The notes beneath the pieces are model-generated. The model saw nothing but the letters and a program-made list of their open reading frames with translations, was not told the origin of the DNA and ran no database searches. A stretch of 53,541 nt of DNA from an uncultured Methanosarcinales archaeon (GTDB lineage Archaea > Nanobdellota > Nanobdellia > Woesearchaeales > CAXGTL01). The DNA lies in NCBI GenBank assembly GCA_964535955.1, contig CAZHVK010000001.1, positions 62,001-115,541 of the forward strand. Direction: 5' to 3'. Below, piece after piece: positions 1 to 9,859 of the stretch. The first letter of the stretch is position 1. The number at the start of each line of letters is the position of its first letter. A program made the translations under genes and the position numbers.

Positions 1-1
1 T

Positions 2-358
2 CTTTATGAGATAAAGGATTTGATCTATGAAAATACTGAAGAAGGTTCGTTAATCTATGGTTCTTATTTTGTGTCAATGTTTGTTGATGATGTGTTTGGT
101 GAAAGAGGATTTATTGCTGCTGGATATGATGATGCTAAAGATGAGCTTAGGTTGCCATTTGTTGAGAATTATATTGATAATTTTGATGTTAATGGAATTT
201 ATGTTGTGTTTATTAATCGTGAGTTACAAGGAATAGGGGAGAATGAAGTTTTTATTGAGAATCAAGGGGAAACATATATTACTGAAAACTATGATACCAA
301 GGTTGTTTATTTTACAGAAGAGCCACAGTATTTAAAGATTTATAAAGTTGTAGAATAA
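2..358 (+). CDS. C-terminal part of a gene entering from the left edge; function unknown, possibly the soluble tail of a membrane glycosyltransferase
   Basis: The frame is open from position 2 (LYEIKDLIYENTEEG...) to TAA at 356-358. The function is only guessed from context. Confidence 0.6.
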   Translation, partial: LYEIKDLIYENTEEGSLIYGSYFVSMFVDDVFGERGFIAAGYDDAKDELRLPFVENYIDNFDVNGIYVVFINRELQGIGENEVFIENQGETYITENYDTKVVYFTEEPQYLKIYKVVE

Positions 359-382
359 AATTATAAAATAAGATAAAGAATA

Positions 383-1435
383 TTATTTTCTGCAAAGTGC
401 CATGTTCCATAGCATCCAACAATTAATTATTTTGACTTTTTTGAAATGTTTTCTTAATAATTTCTTAAATTCTGATCTTGTCCAGTGCTGGATATGCCCT
501 GGAGAATTTCCTAAATATTTTAATCTGTAGCCTCTGGATATGTTTGCAATCCTCCACCAAGGTTCATTAGGTACTGTGAAAATACAATATTTTTTTGAAA
601 CCCTTTTGCATTCTTGGATTGCTTTGTCTGGTTTGTCAACATGTTCTAATGTTTCTGTGGCAATAACTAAGTCAAAAGAATTGTTCTTATGTTTGAGATT
701 TAGGATAGATCCTGTTCTGAAGTTTATGTTTTGGTGTGTTTTTGTTGCTAGTTTGATTGTGTCTTTGTCAAGGTCTTCGCCTGTTATCTGAAATTTGTAT
801 TTGTTTTTTAGTTTGCTTGTTATCATGCCTTCACCACAACCAATATCTAAGACTTTTTCTTTTTCAGCAAAATGTGTTAGATTGATTAATCTGTTTAGGT
901 GTAGGAGAAACTGTTTATCTGCAAACTGTATTAAAGGGTGTTTGCTTTTTTGTCTTTTGAATACATTGCCGCCTATGTTTTTGTATGTTGGTTTTATTGT
1001 TGTTTTTTGTTTTTTTGTTTTGTTTTTTGTTGCCTGTTCTTGTGTTTTTGATCTTTCTCTAAAGACAGCATTGCTATAAACAATGTATTTTGCTACAAAT
1101 AAAACAATTGTTACAAAGATTATTGAAGAGAGGTAATGATATCTTAAATAGCTTGTTAAAAATATAACTAATAAATAATCTGTGATCATAAACATAAATA
1201 ATGATGAAGTATATGTTATGAATTTTTTTGTTTTTTCTGTTTTGTTTTTGAATGTTATGTGGAAATTGTAATAAAAACTAAAGATAATTACTGAAATAAG
1301 TGCAATTATGTATGAATAATAATATTTCAGATTTATAAATTCTGTGAAAAAGAAAGTTATACCTGATTTAAGACTGTAGTTTATGACTCCTCCTATTGTG
1401 TAGAGTGCTATTTTCTTTATTTGGATGTTTTTCAT
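383..1435 (-). CDS. GtrA-like 4-TM domain fused to a class I SAM-dependent methyltransferase
   Basis: N-terminal ~125 aa hydrophobic GtrA-like region (SFYYNFHITF). C-terminal VLDIGCGEG and FDLVIATETLEHV motifs. Confidence 0.8.
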   Translation of the reverse strand: MKNIQIKKIALYTIGGVINYSLKSGITFFFTEFINLKYYYSYIIALISVIIFSFYYNFHITFKNKTEKTKKFITYTSSLFMFMITDYLLVIFLTSYLRYHYLSSIIFVTIVLFVAKYIVYSNAVFRERSKTQEQATKNKTKKQKTTIKPTYKNIGGNVFKRQKSKHPLIQFADKQFLLHLNRLINLTHFAEKEKVLDIGCGEGMITSKLKNKYKFQITGEDLDKDTIKLATKTHQNINFRTGSILNLKHKNNSFDLVIATETLEHVDKPDKAIQECKRVSKKYCIFTVPNEPWWRIANISRGYRLKYLGNSPGHIQHWTRSEFKKLLRKHFKKVKIINCWMLWNMALCRK

Positions 1436-2325
1436 TTTTTCAACATATCTGCTAAAAATCCAAACAAAACTATTTGGATTCCTGAAAATACAAGCAAAAG
1501 CATAAGAAATAATAAACCTAAATGACCTGTGATGCCTGTGGTAAGATGAAGGTATGTGAAGTAAAGACCTATCATAAATCCAATTGAAAACATGATTAAA
1601 CCGATTCTTCCAAAGAATTTTAAAGGATCATAGTCTCTGAAAATCCTGAATAAATTTATCCATGCTTTTATTGCATATTGGAATGAAGATTTGAATAATC
1701 TGCTGTCTCTTGTCTTTCTTCTGATTATAGATATTTCTTTTATTTTGAAATTTAGTCTTGATGCTTTTAGAATTTGTTCTTGTGTGTATGTAAATGTGTT
1801 TATGAATTCAATTGATTCAGCTACTTCTCTTGTAAAAGCACGAAAACCTGTTGTTGAATCTGTTATCTTTCTTTTTGTTAAGATTGTGAAAACAAAAGCA
1901 AATGCAAGATTGCCTAATTTTTTCATTAAAGGCATTTTTTCACCTTTTTTTCTGAATCTGCTGCCCAAGACCAAATCATAACCTATTTCTATTTTCCTAA
2001 TCATTTTTGGAATAAAGATTGCAGGATACTGACCGTCTGCATCTGTATGCACCATTATATTTGCATTTGAACTCAGAAAAACTTTAACTTCATCAATAAA
2101 TGTGTGTGCTAAACCTTTGTTTCTCTTATGAGAAACAACAATTGCGCCTGCTTTTTCTGCTACTTCTTTTGTATTGTCTTTGCTTCCATCATTTAAGACA
2201 GCAATTTTATAATGGTCTTTGTATTTAGTCATATCCATAACTTGTTTTATTTCAGTAATTACTTTTGTAATTGTTTTTTCTTCATTATATGCTGGAATTG
2301 AAATTAGTATTCTTGGATCTCTCAT
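1432..2325 (-). CDS. GT2 glycosyltransferase, polyprenol-phosphate (DPM synthase-like) type with 2 C-terminal TM helices
   Basis: IPAYNEE, NDGSKD, DADGQY, GSRF and ITDSTTGFRAF motifs. Confidence 0.9.
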   Translation of the reverse strand: MRDPRILISIPAYNEEKTITKVITEIKQVMDMTKYKDHYKIAVLNDGSKDNTKEVAEKAGAIVVSHKRNKGLAHTFIDEVKVFLSSNANIMVHTDADGQYPAIFIPKMIRKIEIGYDLVLGSRFRKKGEKMPLMKKLGNLAFAFVFTILTKRKITDSTTGFRAFTREVAESIEFINTFTYTQEQILKASRLNFKIKEISIIRRKTRDSRLFKSSFQYAIKAWINLFRIFRDYDPLKFFGRIGLIMFSIGFMIGLYFTYLHLTTGITGHLGLLFLMLLLVFSGIQIVLFGFLADMLKK

Positions 2326-2390
2326 TTTATAAGTAGGGCTTTTTTCCTATTTTTAAAGTTTATGGGGATAAATTAGCTATATTGGTGTTG

Positions 2391-3314
2391 TTAGAAAAAG
2401 GAAGGACCTTGTTCAAAAAACCATTGCCAAGTCTTATGCATACCTTGTTCTAAAGAAATCTGTGGTTTATAATCAAAAAGATTCATTGCTTTTGTTCCAT
2501 CTATTACCAAGCTAAAAGGTTTTTTATCTGAAAATGTTTTTTGTATCTCTTTTTGAGTGATGTTTTCAGTAATTGATGCTAATTCATTTACTGAAGCAGG
2601 TTGATTATTTGAAAAATTGATTATTTCAAAATCTTGTTCTTGATTGTAATCAATAACTAGGTTTATGTAATGTATTATGTCTTCAATAAATACATAGTTT
2701 CTTAATTGTGTGCCTTGACCATGAATTGTTAAAATTGAATTATTCTTTGCTGCTGAAAAAAGATAATACAATATTCCACTCTTGATTCCTGGACCATAGA
2801 CTGTGGGAAATCTAAGCACAGTGATTTGCATGTTAGAGTTTTTAGAGTAATATTGTAAAACATCCTCTGCCATCATTTTTGCTAAACCATACATTGTTGT
2901 AGGATTTCTTGGATATGTCTCTTTGCATTGATTATTTTTGTCTGTATTATTTCCATAAACAGCATATGAAGATGAAAAAATAAATCTTTTTACATTTACT
3001 TGTTTACATGCTTCAATTAATTTTAAGGTTGTGAATGTGTTTGTGTTGAATGAATCTTCTGGATTGTCTGTAAATTTTCCTGCAAGATGAATTACTATGT
3101 CTGAGCCTGAGATAAAATCTTTTAGTGTATTAATATTGACTGTTGTAAGGTCTGTAACTAAAGTTTGATGTTTGTTTTCGACTTGTTCTTGTTTTGATCC
3201 TGGAATTGGTTCTTCTTTTGAATTCCTGTCTATTAATCTAAGTTCATGATTCTTCAATTTTTGTATCAGGTGTGTTCCAATAAAACCTGTTGAACCTGTT
3301 ATTGTGATTTTCAT
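2391..3314 (-). CDS. NAD-dependent NDP-sugar epimerase/dehydratase
   Basis: TGSTGFIG, SSYAVYG, YGLAK and VYGPG motifs. The ATG at 3314 overlaps the upstream TGA (ATGA). Confidence 0.9.
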   Translation of the reverse strand: MKITITGSTGFIGTHLIQKLKNHELRLIDRNSKEEPIPGSKQEQVENKHQTLVTDLTTVNINTLKDFISGSDIVIHLAGKFTDNPEDSFNTNTFTTLKLIEACKQVNVKRFIFSSSYAVYGNNTDKNNQCKETYPRNPTTMYGLAKMMAEDVLQYYSKNSNMQITVLRFPTVYGPGIKSGILYYLFSAAKNNSILTIHGQGTQLRNYVFIEDIIHYINLVIDYNQEQDFEIINFSNNQPASVNELASITENITQKEIQKTFSDKKPFSLVIDGTKAMNLFDYKPQISLEQGMHKTWQWFFEQGPSFF

Positions 3315-4243
3315 TGTTTCATCAACCATTGTTTGGTCTTTTCAATACCCTGTTCAAGTGAAACTTTTGGATACCAACCTAATAATTGGTTTGCTTTTAT
3401 TGAGTTGCATAATAATTTTGGTATCTCTGCATTTGGATGGATATGAGGTACATGTTTGATCATTTCAGTGTTTTGTTCAATTGATTTTGCAAGTTCATTT
3501 ATACTAATATCTCTACCTGTACCTGCATTTATAATGTGTCCAACTGCGCCTTCATTTGTTGCTGCTTGATAAATAAAATCTGCGCAATCTTCTACATATA
3601 ATAAATCTCTTGTCTGAATTCCATCACCATAAATATTTAATGTTTGTTTTTTAAGATGCTGATTTATAAAAATACTTACAACACCACCTTCCATGTTTGT
3701 CTTTTGAAAAGGGCCATAAGTGTTGAATGGTCTAACAATAACAACTGGAAGTTTGTAAGCATAATAAAATGATTCTGCAATATTTTCTGCTGCTAATTTA
3801 GATGCTGCATATGGTGATAATGGTTTAACAGGATGTTCTTCATTAATTGGTTCATTTGTTGACAAGTCATAGACCATGCATGTTCCCATTAAAACTATTT
3901 TGGATTTTTGTTTTAATGCATGTTTTAATACTTTATATGTTCCCACTATGTTGCTGTTAAAAGCTTTGTTTGGATTATCAAGTGATTCTTGTACACTAAT
4001 CTGTGCTGCGAGGTGCAAAATAATATCAAATTTTATTTTAAATAATTCAACTAATGCTTGGCTGTCTGTGACACTTGCAATCATTACTTGTTTAAGATTT
4101 TCACGATCTTTAAAATCAGCAATGTTTTCTTCAGAACTATTTTCAAGATTATCAATTATCCAAACATTGTGTTCTTTGTCAAGAAATTTTTTGACAACCC
4201 ATCTTCCTATAAACCCTGTTCCTCCTGTAACTAAAATGTTCAT
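3311..4243 (-). CDS. NAD-dependent NDP-sugar epimerase/dehydratase (4,6-dehydratase-like)
   Basis: MNILVTGGTGFIG, HLAAQ, YAASK, RPFNTYGP and QTRDLLYVED motifs. Confidence 0.9.
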   Translation of the reverse strand: MNILVTGGTGFIGRWVVKKFLDKEHNVWIIDNLENSSEENIADFKDRENLKQVMIASVTDSQALVELFKIKFDIILHLAAQISVQESLDNPNKAFNSNIVGTYKVLKHALKQKSKIVLMGTCMVYDLSTNEPINEEHPVKPLSPYAASKLAAENIAESFYYAYKLPVVIVRPFNTYGPFQKTNMEGGVVSIFINQHLKKQTLNIYGDGIQTRDLLYVEDCADFIYQAATNEGAVGHIINAGTGRDISINELAKSIEQNTEMIKHVPHIHPNAEIPKLLCNSIKANQLLGWYPKVSLEQGIEKTKQWLMKQ

Positions 4244-4254
4244 TAAAAATTCAC

Positions 4255-5331
4255 CTATTTTATCTTTAAAGCAATTTTGTACCATTCAATTGTTCTTTTA
4301 AGACCATCAACCAAAGAAAATTGAGGTGACCAGCCTGTTTTTTTTGTGATAGCTGAAAAATCAGCATGAAGATGTCGAACATCTGCTGGTCTTGCACCTT
4401 TAAATATTATCTTGGACTTGCTTTCTGTTAATTCTATTATTTTTTTTGCTAGATCTAAAATTGTTGTCTGAATACCAGTTCCAATATTGAAAATTTCTCC
4501 AACAATGTCTGGTTTACCAAGAACCAAAGAATATGCTTTAACAGCATCTTTTACATATTGGAAATCTCTTGTCTGCTGCCCGTCGTCATTTATGATCAGA
4601 TCTTCTCCTTTTAGAGCAGCTGAAATAAAATTAGAAACAACTGCAGCATCGTCCCAAAGATTTTGATTTTCACCAAATGTGTTAAAATTTCTTATGATTA
4701 TTACTGGATATTTATGCCATTTGTACATTGCTCTACAATGTTTTTCAGCTGCTAGTTTTGTTACAGCATAGGTACTTCTTGGTTTCATAGGATGTTTTTC
4801 ATCCATAGGAATGTATTCAGGATTTCCATAAACTTCAGGAGATGATGCATAGATAATAACTGGTTTTGTTTTTGTTTGAACCAAGGTGTGCATTAAATTA
4901 AATGTTCCAAACTCATTATTTTCAAAATATTTATGATTGTCAATCATTGATTCTGGAATAGAGATAGAAGCTGCTAAATGGATGATAGCATCAACATTCA
5001 TCTCATCAATTTCCTCTTTTGTCAGACTTTGATAATCTCTAACCATTAATTTAAATTTTTTATGAAATTCTGGACTTTTTATAAATGGGTCAACAACTAC
5101 AAAGTTTGCATCAAAATCAACTTTATCAATAACTGTATTAGAATGTTTATAATAGCCTTTGATTACTCTGAATTTATCTTCTTGTATCTTATGTACAAAT
5201 TTTTCTGCGAATAAATAATTTCTTGAAAAATTATCCAATCCAATTACTTTTGAAACATCTGCTCTTTTAACTAGTTCATCAACCAAATGTATACCATATA
5301 GTCCTGCTGCTCCTGTAACAAGTATTTTCAT
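4255..5331 (-). CDS. NAD-dependent NDP-sugar epimerase/dehydratase
   Basis: MKILVTGAAGLYG, SSPEVYG, YAVTK and QTRDFQYV motifs. AGGTGA RBS before the ATG at 5331. Confidence 0.9.
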   Translation of the reverse strand: MKILVTGAAGLYGIHLVDELVKRADVSKVIGLDNFSRNYLFAEKFVHKIQEDKFRVIKGYYKHSNTVIDKVDFDANFVVVDPFIKSPEFHKKFKLMVRDYQSLTKEEIDEMNVDAIIHLAASISIPESMIDNHKYFENNEFGTFNLMHTLVQTKTKPVIIYASSPEVYGNPEYIPMDEKHPMKPRSTYAVTKLAAEKHCRAMYKWHKYPVIIIRNFNTFGENQNLWDDAAVVSNFISAALKGEDLIINDDGQQTRDFQYVKDAVKAYSLVLGKPDIVGEIFNIGTGIQTTILDLAKKIIELTESKSKIIFKGARPADVRHLHADFSAITKKTGWSPQFSLVDGLKRTIEWYKIALKIK

Positions 5332-5365
5332 ATCAATCACCTAAATTATGGAATTTTTATTTTAA

Positions 5366-5379
5366 TTATAAAGCTTTCG
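5366..5379 (-). promoter_or_regulatory. Archaeal-type BRE + TATA promoter of the epimerase operon
   Basis: Minus strand reads CGAAAGCTTTATAA about 35 nt upstream of the start codon. Confidence 0.6.
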
Positions 5380-5430
5380 TTAATATAAACTTTATATTAT
5401 ATTTATATTATACAAAATTTATAAGTACCT

Positions 5431-6495
5431 TTACTTACCAGTACCTTCCCTAGCCCATGGGCCTAATTTCTTTGTTATTGTTAAAGGTAAAGTTTTCCAA
5501 ACATTTGTTAATAATTTGAATTTAGGATTGCTTGGATCTTCACTTGGTAAGTGGTCTATGTTGTATAAATCATAAAAATGATCAAGATCTTTTAATTCAC
5601 ATCCATATTTTTTTTTGTATGAAAATTGGCCGCTATCAGGCCTTACCCTGCCAAAATCCATTATCTTGTAATTGTGTGTGATTGCGTATCTGATAAACTG
5701 CCAATGAACAGCATCATTACATCTTGACCAAAGATAATTCTGGTCTGAAACAGCTATGATCAAATGGATTGTTTGTTTATGTGTTAAACCTATTAATAAT
5801 GAGACTAGTTTTTTGTTATAATATGCACCAAATGCTTTTCCAAGTCCTAGATTGAAAAAGTTCTCAAAATAAAATTTTGGAAAACATGGACTGCCGAATT
5901 GTTTCATATTTTTTGCATAGATATGGTACATCTCATCAAGGTTTTGATTATTTATTTCTTTTACAATTATGCCTTCTTTTTGTGCTTTTTTTATTGCTTT
6001 TCTTTTTTCTTTTTGAATAAGTCTCCAATTAGTTTCTATGTCAATAAGTTTTAATTCAAATCTTTTGTATTCTGTTTTTTTTATTAATTTTTTTTCAAGT
6101 AATTTATTGAAATTTGCCAATCCTTGCCTAATCTCTAAATAATTATAACCTTTTGAATAGTTTAGATGAATGTGATTGAGAATTTCATCAACATAAACTT
6201 GGTTTTCTTCACCTGCAAATGAGCCATATTCTAAAAATGCTGAAGATACTATCTTTTTGTCAAGAAGTATGTTACTTATAAAGTCTGAATGAGAAATCAT
6301 ACTAATCGGTAGTATAATCTTTATTTCATCATCTATGATTACTGCTAAATATTGGATTTGTGTTTTTTTAAATGTTTTTTCAAGAAATTCTTTATATTTT
6401 GGTGTGTGTATGATCAAATGAGGATGATTATCTAAGAAATTTTCCCACAGATCAAGTATTGTTTCATTGTTTTGGTCTAGATTTATTATTTGCAT
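5431..6495 (-). CDS. FemAB-like / GNAT-fold acyl- or aminoacyltransferase
   Basis: YLEIR, KRKAIKKAQKEG, NMKQFGSP and MDFGR...QFSYKKKYG motifs typical of FemAB-related proteins. Confidence 0.85.
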   Translation of the reverse strand: MQIINLDQNNETILDLWENFLDNHPHLIIHTPKYKEFLEKTFKKTQIQYLAVIIDDEIKIILPISMISHSDFISNILLDKKIVSSAFLEYGSFAGEENQVYVDEILNHIHLNYSKGYNYLEIRQGLANFNKLLEKKLIKKTEYKRFELKLIDIETNWRLIQKEKRKAIKKAQKEGIIVKEINNQNLDEMYHIYAKNMKQFGSPCFPKFYFENFFNLGLGKAFGAYYNKKLVSLLIGLTHKQTIHLIIAVSDQNYLWSRCNDAVHWQFIRYAITHNYKIMDFGRVRPDSGQFSYKKKYGCELKDLDHFYDLYNIDHLPSEDPSNPKFKLLTNVWKTLPLTITKKLGPWAREGTGK

Positions 6496-6523
6496 GTTTT
6501 TAAGTATAAAATATTTAATTATA

Positions 6524-6642
6524 TGTCAAGAATTCCAAAGAATTCTTGGTCATGATCAGGAATACCTTGATTATTTAAAAATATTATCAATTTTGAGGAC
6601 CTTCCTTAAATCTTCCTTAATAGACAAAAGGTATTCCTGACA
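6524..6642. repeat. Double-hairpin (dumbbell) element, stand-alone copy A
   Basis: TGTC-AAGAATTC caaa GAATTCTT-GGTCATGATC-AGGAATACCTT...AAGGTATTCCT-GACA. Same architecture as 14878-14933 and 33002-33064. Confidence 0.75.
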
Positions 6643-6865
6643 TATAAAAATCATTATATTTAGTAATATGTTTTATGTAATGTGATTTATGTAATCTATT
6701 TAATATAATATGTTTAATGTAAAATGCATTAACTGTTATAGACGTTATTAAATGAATTTTAAAAGTATTAAAGAACAACAATGTCCTGGTTTTGATGATT
6801 TTTTTACAATGAGGGGTTGGGTTTTTATTTTGAGAGATATACTTAAAAATAAGGTCATCCTTTGT

Positions 6866-7561
6866 TCAGAAGCTTGTTTTTTTGTTCTTAACAGTGTAAA
6901 TAATGATTGGAGCAAAAGTTTTTATAGGCGAGAAAATGGATTTTGTTTTGATTATTTTGTAACCTATATCTTTTAAGATTTGGGTATACTGGTATGGTGT
7001 TCTTGTAAGCATTAAGTGGCCTGTATTTTTAAAAGTTTTATTTGTGTGATGTTTATATGTTAGGTTTATGATAGGATTTAGTTTATTTTTTAAATCAATT
7101 ATTAGGATTCCATTAGGTTTGAGAACTTTATGTATTTCCTGGAATGTTTTTTTTAGTTCTTTGTTTGACAAATGGTGTAATACCTCAATACAAATGATTA
7201 AGTCGAATGAATTTTTTTTGAATTTTAAGTTTGTTGCTTCACCTACTTTAAAATTTAAGTTTTGAAGTTTGAATTGTTTCTTTTTTTTGTTTGCAAAATC
7301 AATAGCTTTTTTTGATATATCAATGCCTATTGTATTAAAACCTAGTTTTGATAGTGCAAAACAATATCTTCCTGATGAACAACCTATGTCAAGGGTTGAT
7401 AATTTTGTCCCTCTATGCAAGGCTATATTTTTTATAGTGTCCATTACAATTTTATATTCTTTATTTAATATTTTTGAAACAATTGACCTTTTTCCAGGTG
7501 AATAAAATAACTTGATCTCACCTTCATTAGAATATATCTGCTTTGTTTTTTCATTTACCAT
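6866..7561 (-). CDS. Class I SAM-dependent methyltransferase
   Basis: LDIGCSSG, FDLIICIEVLHH and VLKPNG motifs. Confidence 0.9.
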   Translation of the reverse strand: MVNEKTKQIYSNEGEIKLFYSPGKRSIVSKILNKEYKIVMDTIKNIALHRGTKLSTLDIGCSSGRYCFALSKLGFNTIGIDISKKAIDFANKKKKQFKLQNLNFKVGEATNLKFKKNSFDLIICIEVLHHLSNKELKKTFQEIHKVLKPNGILIIDLKNKLNPIINLTYKHHTNKTFKNTGHLMLTRTPYQYTQILKDIGYKIIKTKSIFSPIKTFAPIIIYTVKNKKTSF

Positions 7562-8696
7562 GTTGGATTATGATCTTGTTAACTAATTTTGCTATCTTTT
7601 TTCGTTTTCGTTTTGTTAGTTTTTGATGAACAGGAATATTGATTATTTGTTCAGACAAAACTTCACTATTAGGACACATTCCTTTAGGTGCTATAAAAAA
7701 ATCATACAATGCACCCAACCTCACCCCTTTTTTTAGAAACTGTTTCATGATTTTTTCTCTATTCTTTACTAATAGATTGTATCTGAAATGAGTTGGTTCT
7801 GATAAATAATGTGTTTTAATAAGTTTTTGTTTTAGTTTTGTAGTTTTAAACATAGAATTATAATATTCTGCATTTAATTTTCTTTTTTTGATAATTTTGT
7901 CTAATTTTTTAAATTGTTTATATATTAAACTAACTGTATAGTTTGAAGGTTTTAGACTGCTTGGTGTAAATATTTCTTGGTTTCCTTTTACATAAGGTTT
8001 GACTAATATTTTTGTGAACATGTTTCTAATGAATAAAGGCATTGATTCAATGAATTTCATCCCAGAGAATACACAGCTGTTTTCAATAAAAGCTCTAAAT
8101 GAATCCTCTTTATGAATATTTTTTGTTAAGCTTTGGTTTATTGGTCTTTTGCTTAACAAGATACCACCTTTAAAAGTTGTAAGATCTTTTGAATAACCAA
8201 AACTAAAAGTTGTGTAGTCTGCAAATGAACCAACATATTTTTCATTGAATCCTGCTTTCATTGCTTGAGCACAGTCTTCGATTATCTTTAATTTATGTTT
8301 TTTGGCTAATTTTGTTATTATGTTCATATCCATTGGATTGCCATATGAATGAACAATTATGATTGCTTTTGTTTTTTTTGTTATTGCTTTTTTTAATTTG
8401 TTTAAATCCATGTTAAGTGTTTTTAGGTCAATGTCTACAAAGATAGGTGTTGAAACTGCTTTAACAGCTTCTCTAACAATTGAGCAAGTATAGCCTGGCA
8501 AAATAACTTGGTCTTGTTTTTTTATGTTTGTGTCTTTTAGTGCTATGTAAATCGCATCTCTGCCTTTGTAAGTCATAACCATATGTTGTTTGTCTGTCAT
8601 TGTCGTTAGAATGAATTTAATTCTATTGTAATGTTTTTTTCTAGGTATTGTCAACAGTTCATACAATCTTAGTGATTGCGCAATTGGTTGTATCAT
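7551..8696 (-). CDS. DegT/DnrJ/EryC1/StrS PLP-dependent sugar aminotransferase
   Basis: AIIIVHSYG, IIEDCAQA and FSFGYSKDLTTFKGG (catalytic Lys present). Confidence 0.9.
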   Translation of the reverse strand: MIQPIAQSLRLYELLTIPRKKHYNRIKFILTTMTDKQHMVMTYKGRDAIYIALKDTNIKKQDQVILPGYTCSIVREAVKAVSTPIFVDIDLKTLNMDLNKLKKAITKKTKAIIIVHSYGNPMDMNIITKLAKKHKLKIIEDCAQAMKAGFNEKYVGSFADYTTFSFGYSKDLTTFKGGILLSKRPINQSLTKNIHKEDSFRAFIENSCVFSGMKFIESMPLFIRNMFTKILVKPYVKGNQEIFTPSSLKPSNYTVSLIYKQFKKLDKIIKKRKLNAEYYNSMFKTTKLKQKLIKTHYLSEPTHFRYNLLVKNREKIMKQFLKKGVRLGALYDFFIAPKGMCPNSEVLSEQIINIPVHQKLTKRKRKKIAKLVNKIIIQHGK

Positions 8697-8726
8697 TTTG
8701 TTTATTCTTTTATTTATTTTCTTTTC

Positions 8727-9842
8727 TTACTTTTTTATCCTCTTGTAAATAGGAAGCACAATTGGTGAGATTATTTTTTGGAATATAAAAAGTTTTTTTG
8801 GTGAGATTGTTTTGTTTGTGTACATGAACTTTTCTATCAAGTCTCCACCAAATTGGCTCTTGAAAAAATTCATCCCTTTTTCAAAATCATTGCTGGGTTT
8901 TGGAAAAACACCATAAATGTCTAAATTATCATAATTATGAAGATGGCCGTATTCCATCATGTACCAAATCAAAACTGAGTTTGCATGATAATCTTTATAT
9001 TTGATATCCGAACCATTTGCTAGGTATATTATTTTTTTGTTGAACAAAAGAAATAATCCTGCTGCAAGAGGGATGTCTTTATCTTTTATGTTATTTTTGT
9101 TATTTTTGTTATTTTTGTTTTCTTTGTTATTTTTGTTATTTTTGTTTTCTTTGTTTCCTTTCTTCATTACAATCAAGAATTTTGCATTTTGTTTAAAATT
9201 ATTATGTATTGCTAAAAATAAGTCATATGGAATAGGAACCCAACCTCTAACTGATGCTGCAAAGTTTTGGTAGAGATGGTTGAATGTCTTTAGATCTTCT
9301 ATTGATTCAACTTGTTTGATGAAAAGATTGTTCTTTTTTGCTCTTTTTATTTTTTTCTTTTGAGTCTTGCTTATTTTTTTCCACAAATCTTCTTTTGGTA
9401 AACCAAGGTTATTGACATAAGACATTGTTGGTGGATTTTCTGAAACAGTGAAATTATTGTTGTTGAAAATTTGTTTATCAACTATAAATTCAGTTCTTAG
9501 TGGAATTGTTATTACTTTTTCTCTTTTTGCAATTTCTGTAATCTTGTTTAAAAAAAGTTTGATAATCGCAGGATCATTATTTAGGATTATTGGTCCTGAC
9601 ACTATTCTTAGTTGGTTGAAGAATTTGTTTAGTTTTGGCAATGGAATCATATAATAACATCCACCTATTATCTTGTTTGTTTGGTTCTCTCTAATAAGAA
9701 CTAAGTTGACTTTCATTCCTGATTCTTTATATGCTATTGCAAACTCTTTACTTTGAAAAATATTGCCAAACATGGAATTGAAATTATTCCATTCATCCCA
9801 TTCTGATTCAGATGCTATGTAAATTTTGCATTTGTTGTTCAT
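8727..9842 (-). CDS. FemAB/FemX-like GNAT protein
   Basis: KKIKRAKK, YLANGS, ANSVLIWYMM and GMNFFKSQFGG motifs. Contains an internal N/K repeat insertion. Confidence 0.85.
   Translation of the reverse strand: MNNKCKIYIASESEWDEWNNFNSMFGNIFQSKEFAIAYKESGMKVNLVLIRENQTNKIIGGCYYMIPLPKLNKFFNQLRIVSGPIILNNDPAIIKLFLNKITEIAKREKVITIPLRTEFIVDKQIFNNNNFTVSENPPTMSYVNNLGLPKEDLWKKISKTQKKKIKRAKKNNLFIKQVESIEDLKTFNHLYQNFAASVRGWVPIPYDLFLAIHNNFKQNAKFLIVMKKGNKENKNNKNNKENKNNKNNKNNIKDKDIPLAAGLFLLFNKKIIYLANGSDIKYKDYHANSVLIWYMMEYGHLHNYDNLDIYGVFPKPSNDFEKGMNFFKSQFGGDLIEKFMYTNKTISPKKLFIFQKIISPIVLPIYKRIKK
9088..9157 (-). repeat. In-frame 9-bp tandem repeat encoding (NKE/NKN)n
   Basis: Plus-strand units tgttatttt / tgttttctt. 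Protein reads KGNKENKNNKNNKENKNNKNNKNN. Confidence 0.85.
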
Positions 9843-9859
9843 TTTATATTTATTGTTGA

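Noticed and set aside
6752..6976. 74-aa plus-strand ORF
   Set aside because: It overlaps the antisense of the methyltransferase 3' end and has no recognisable motif or RBS.
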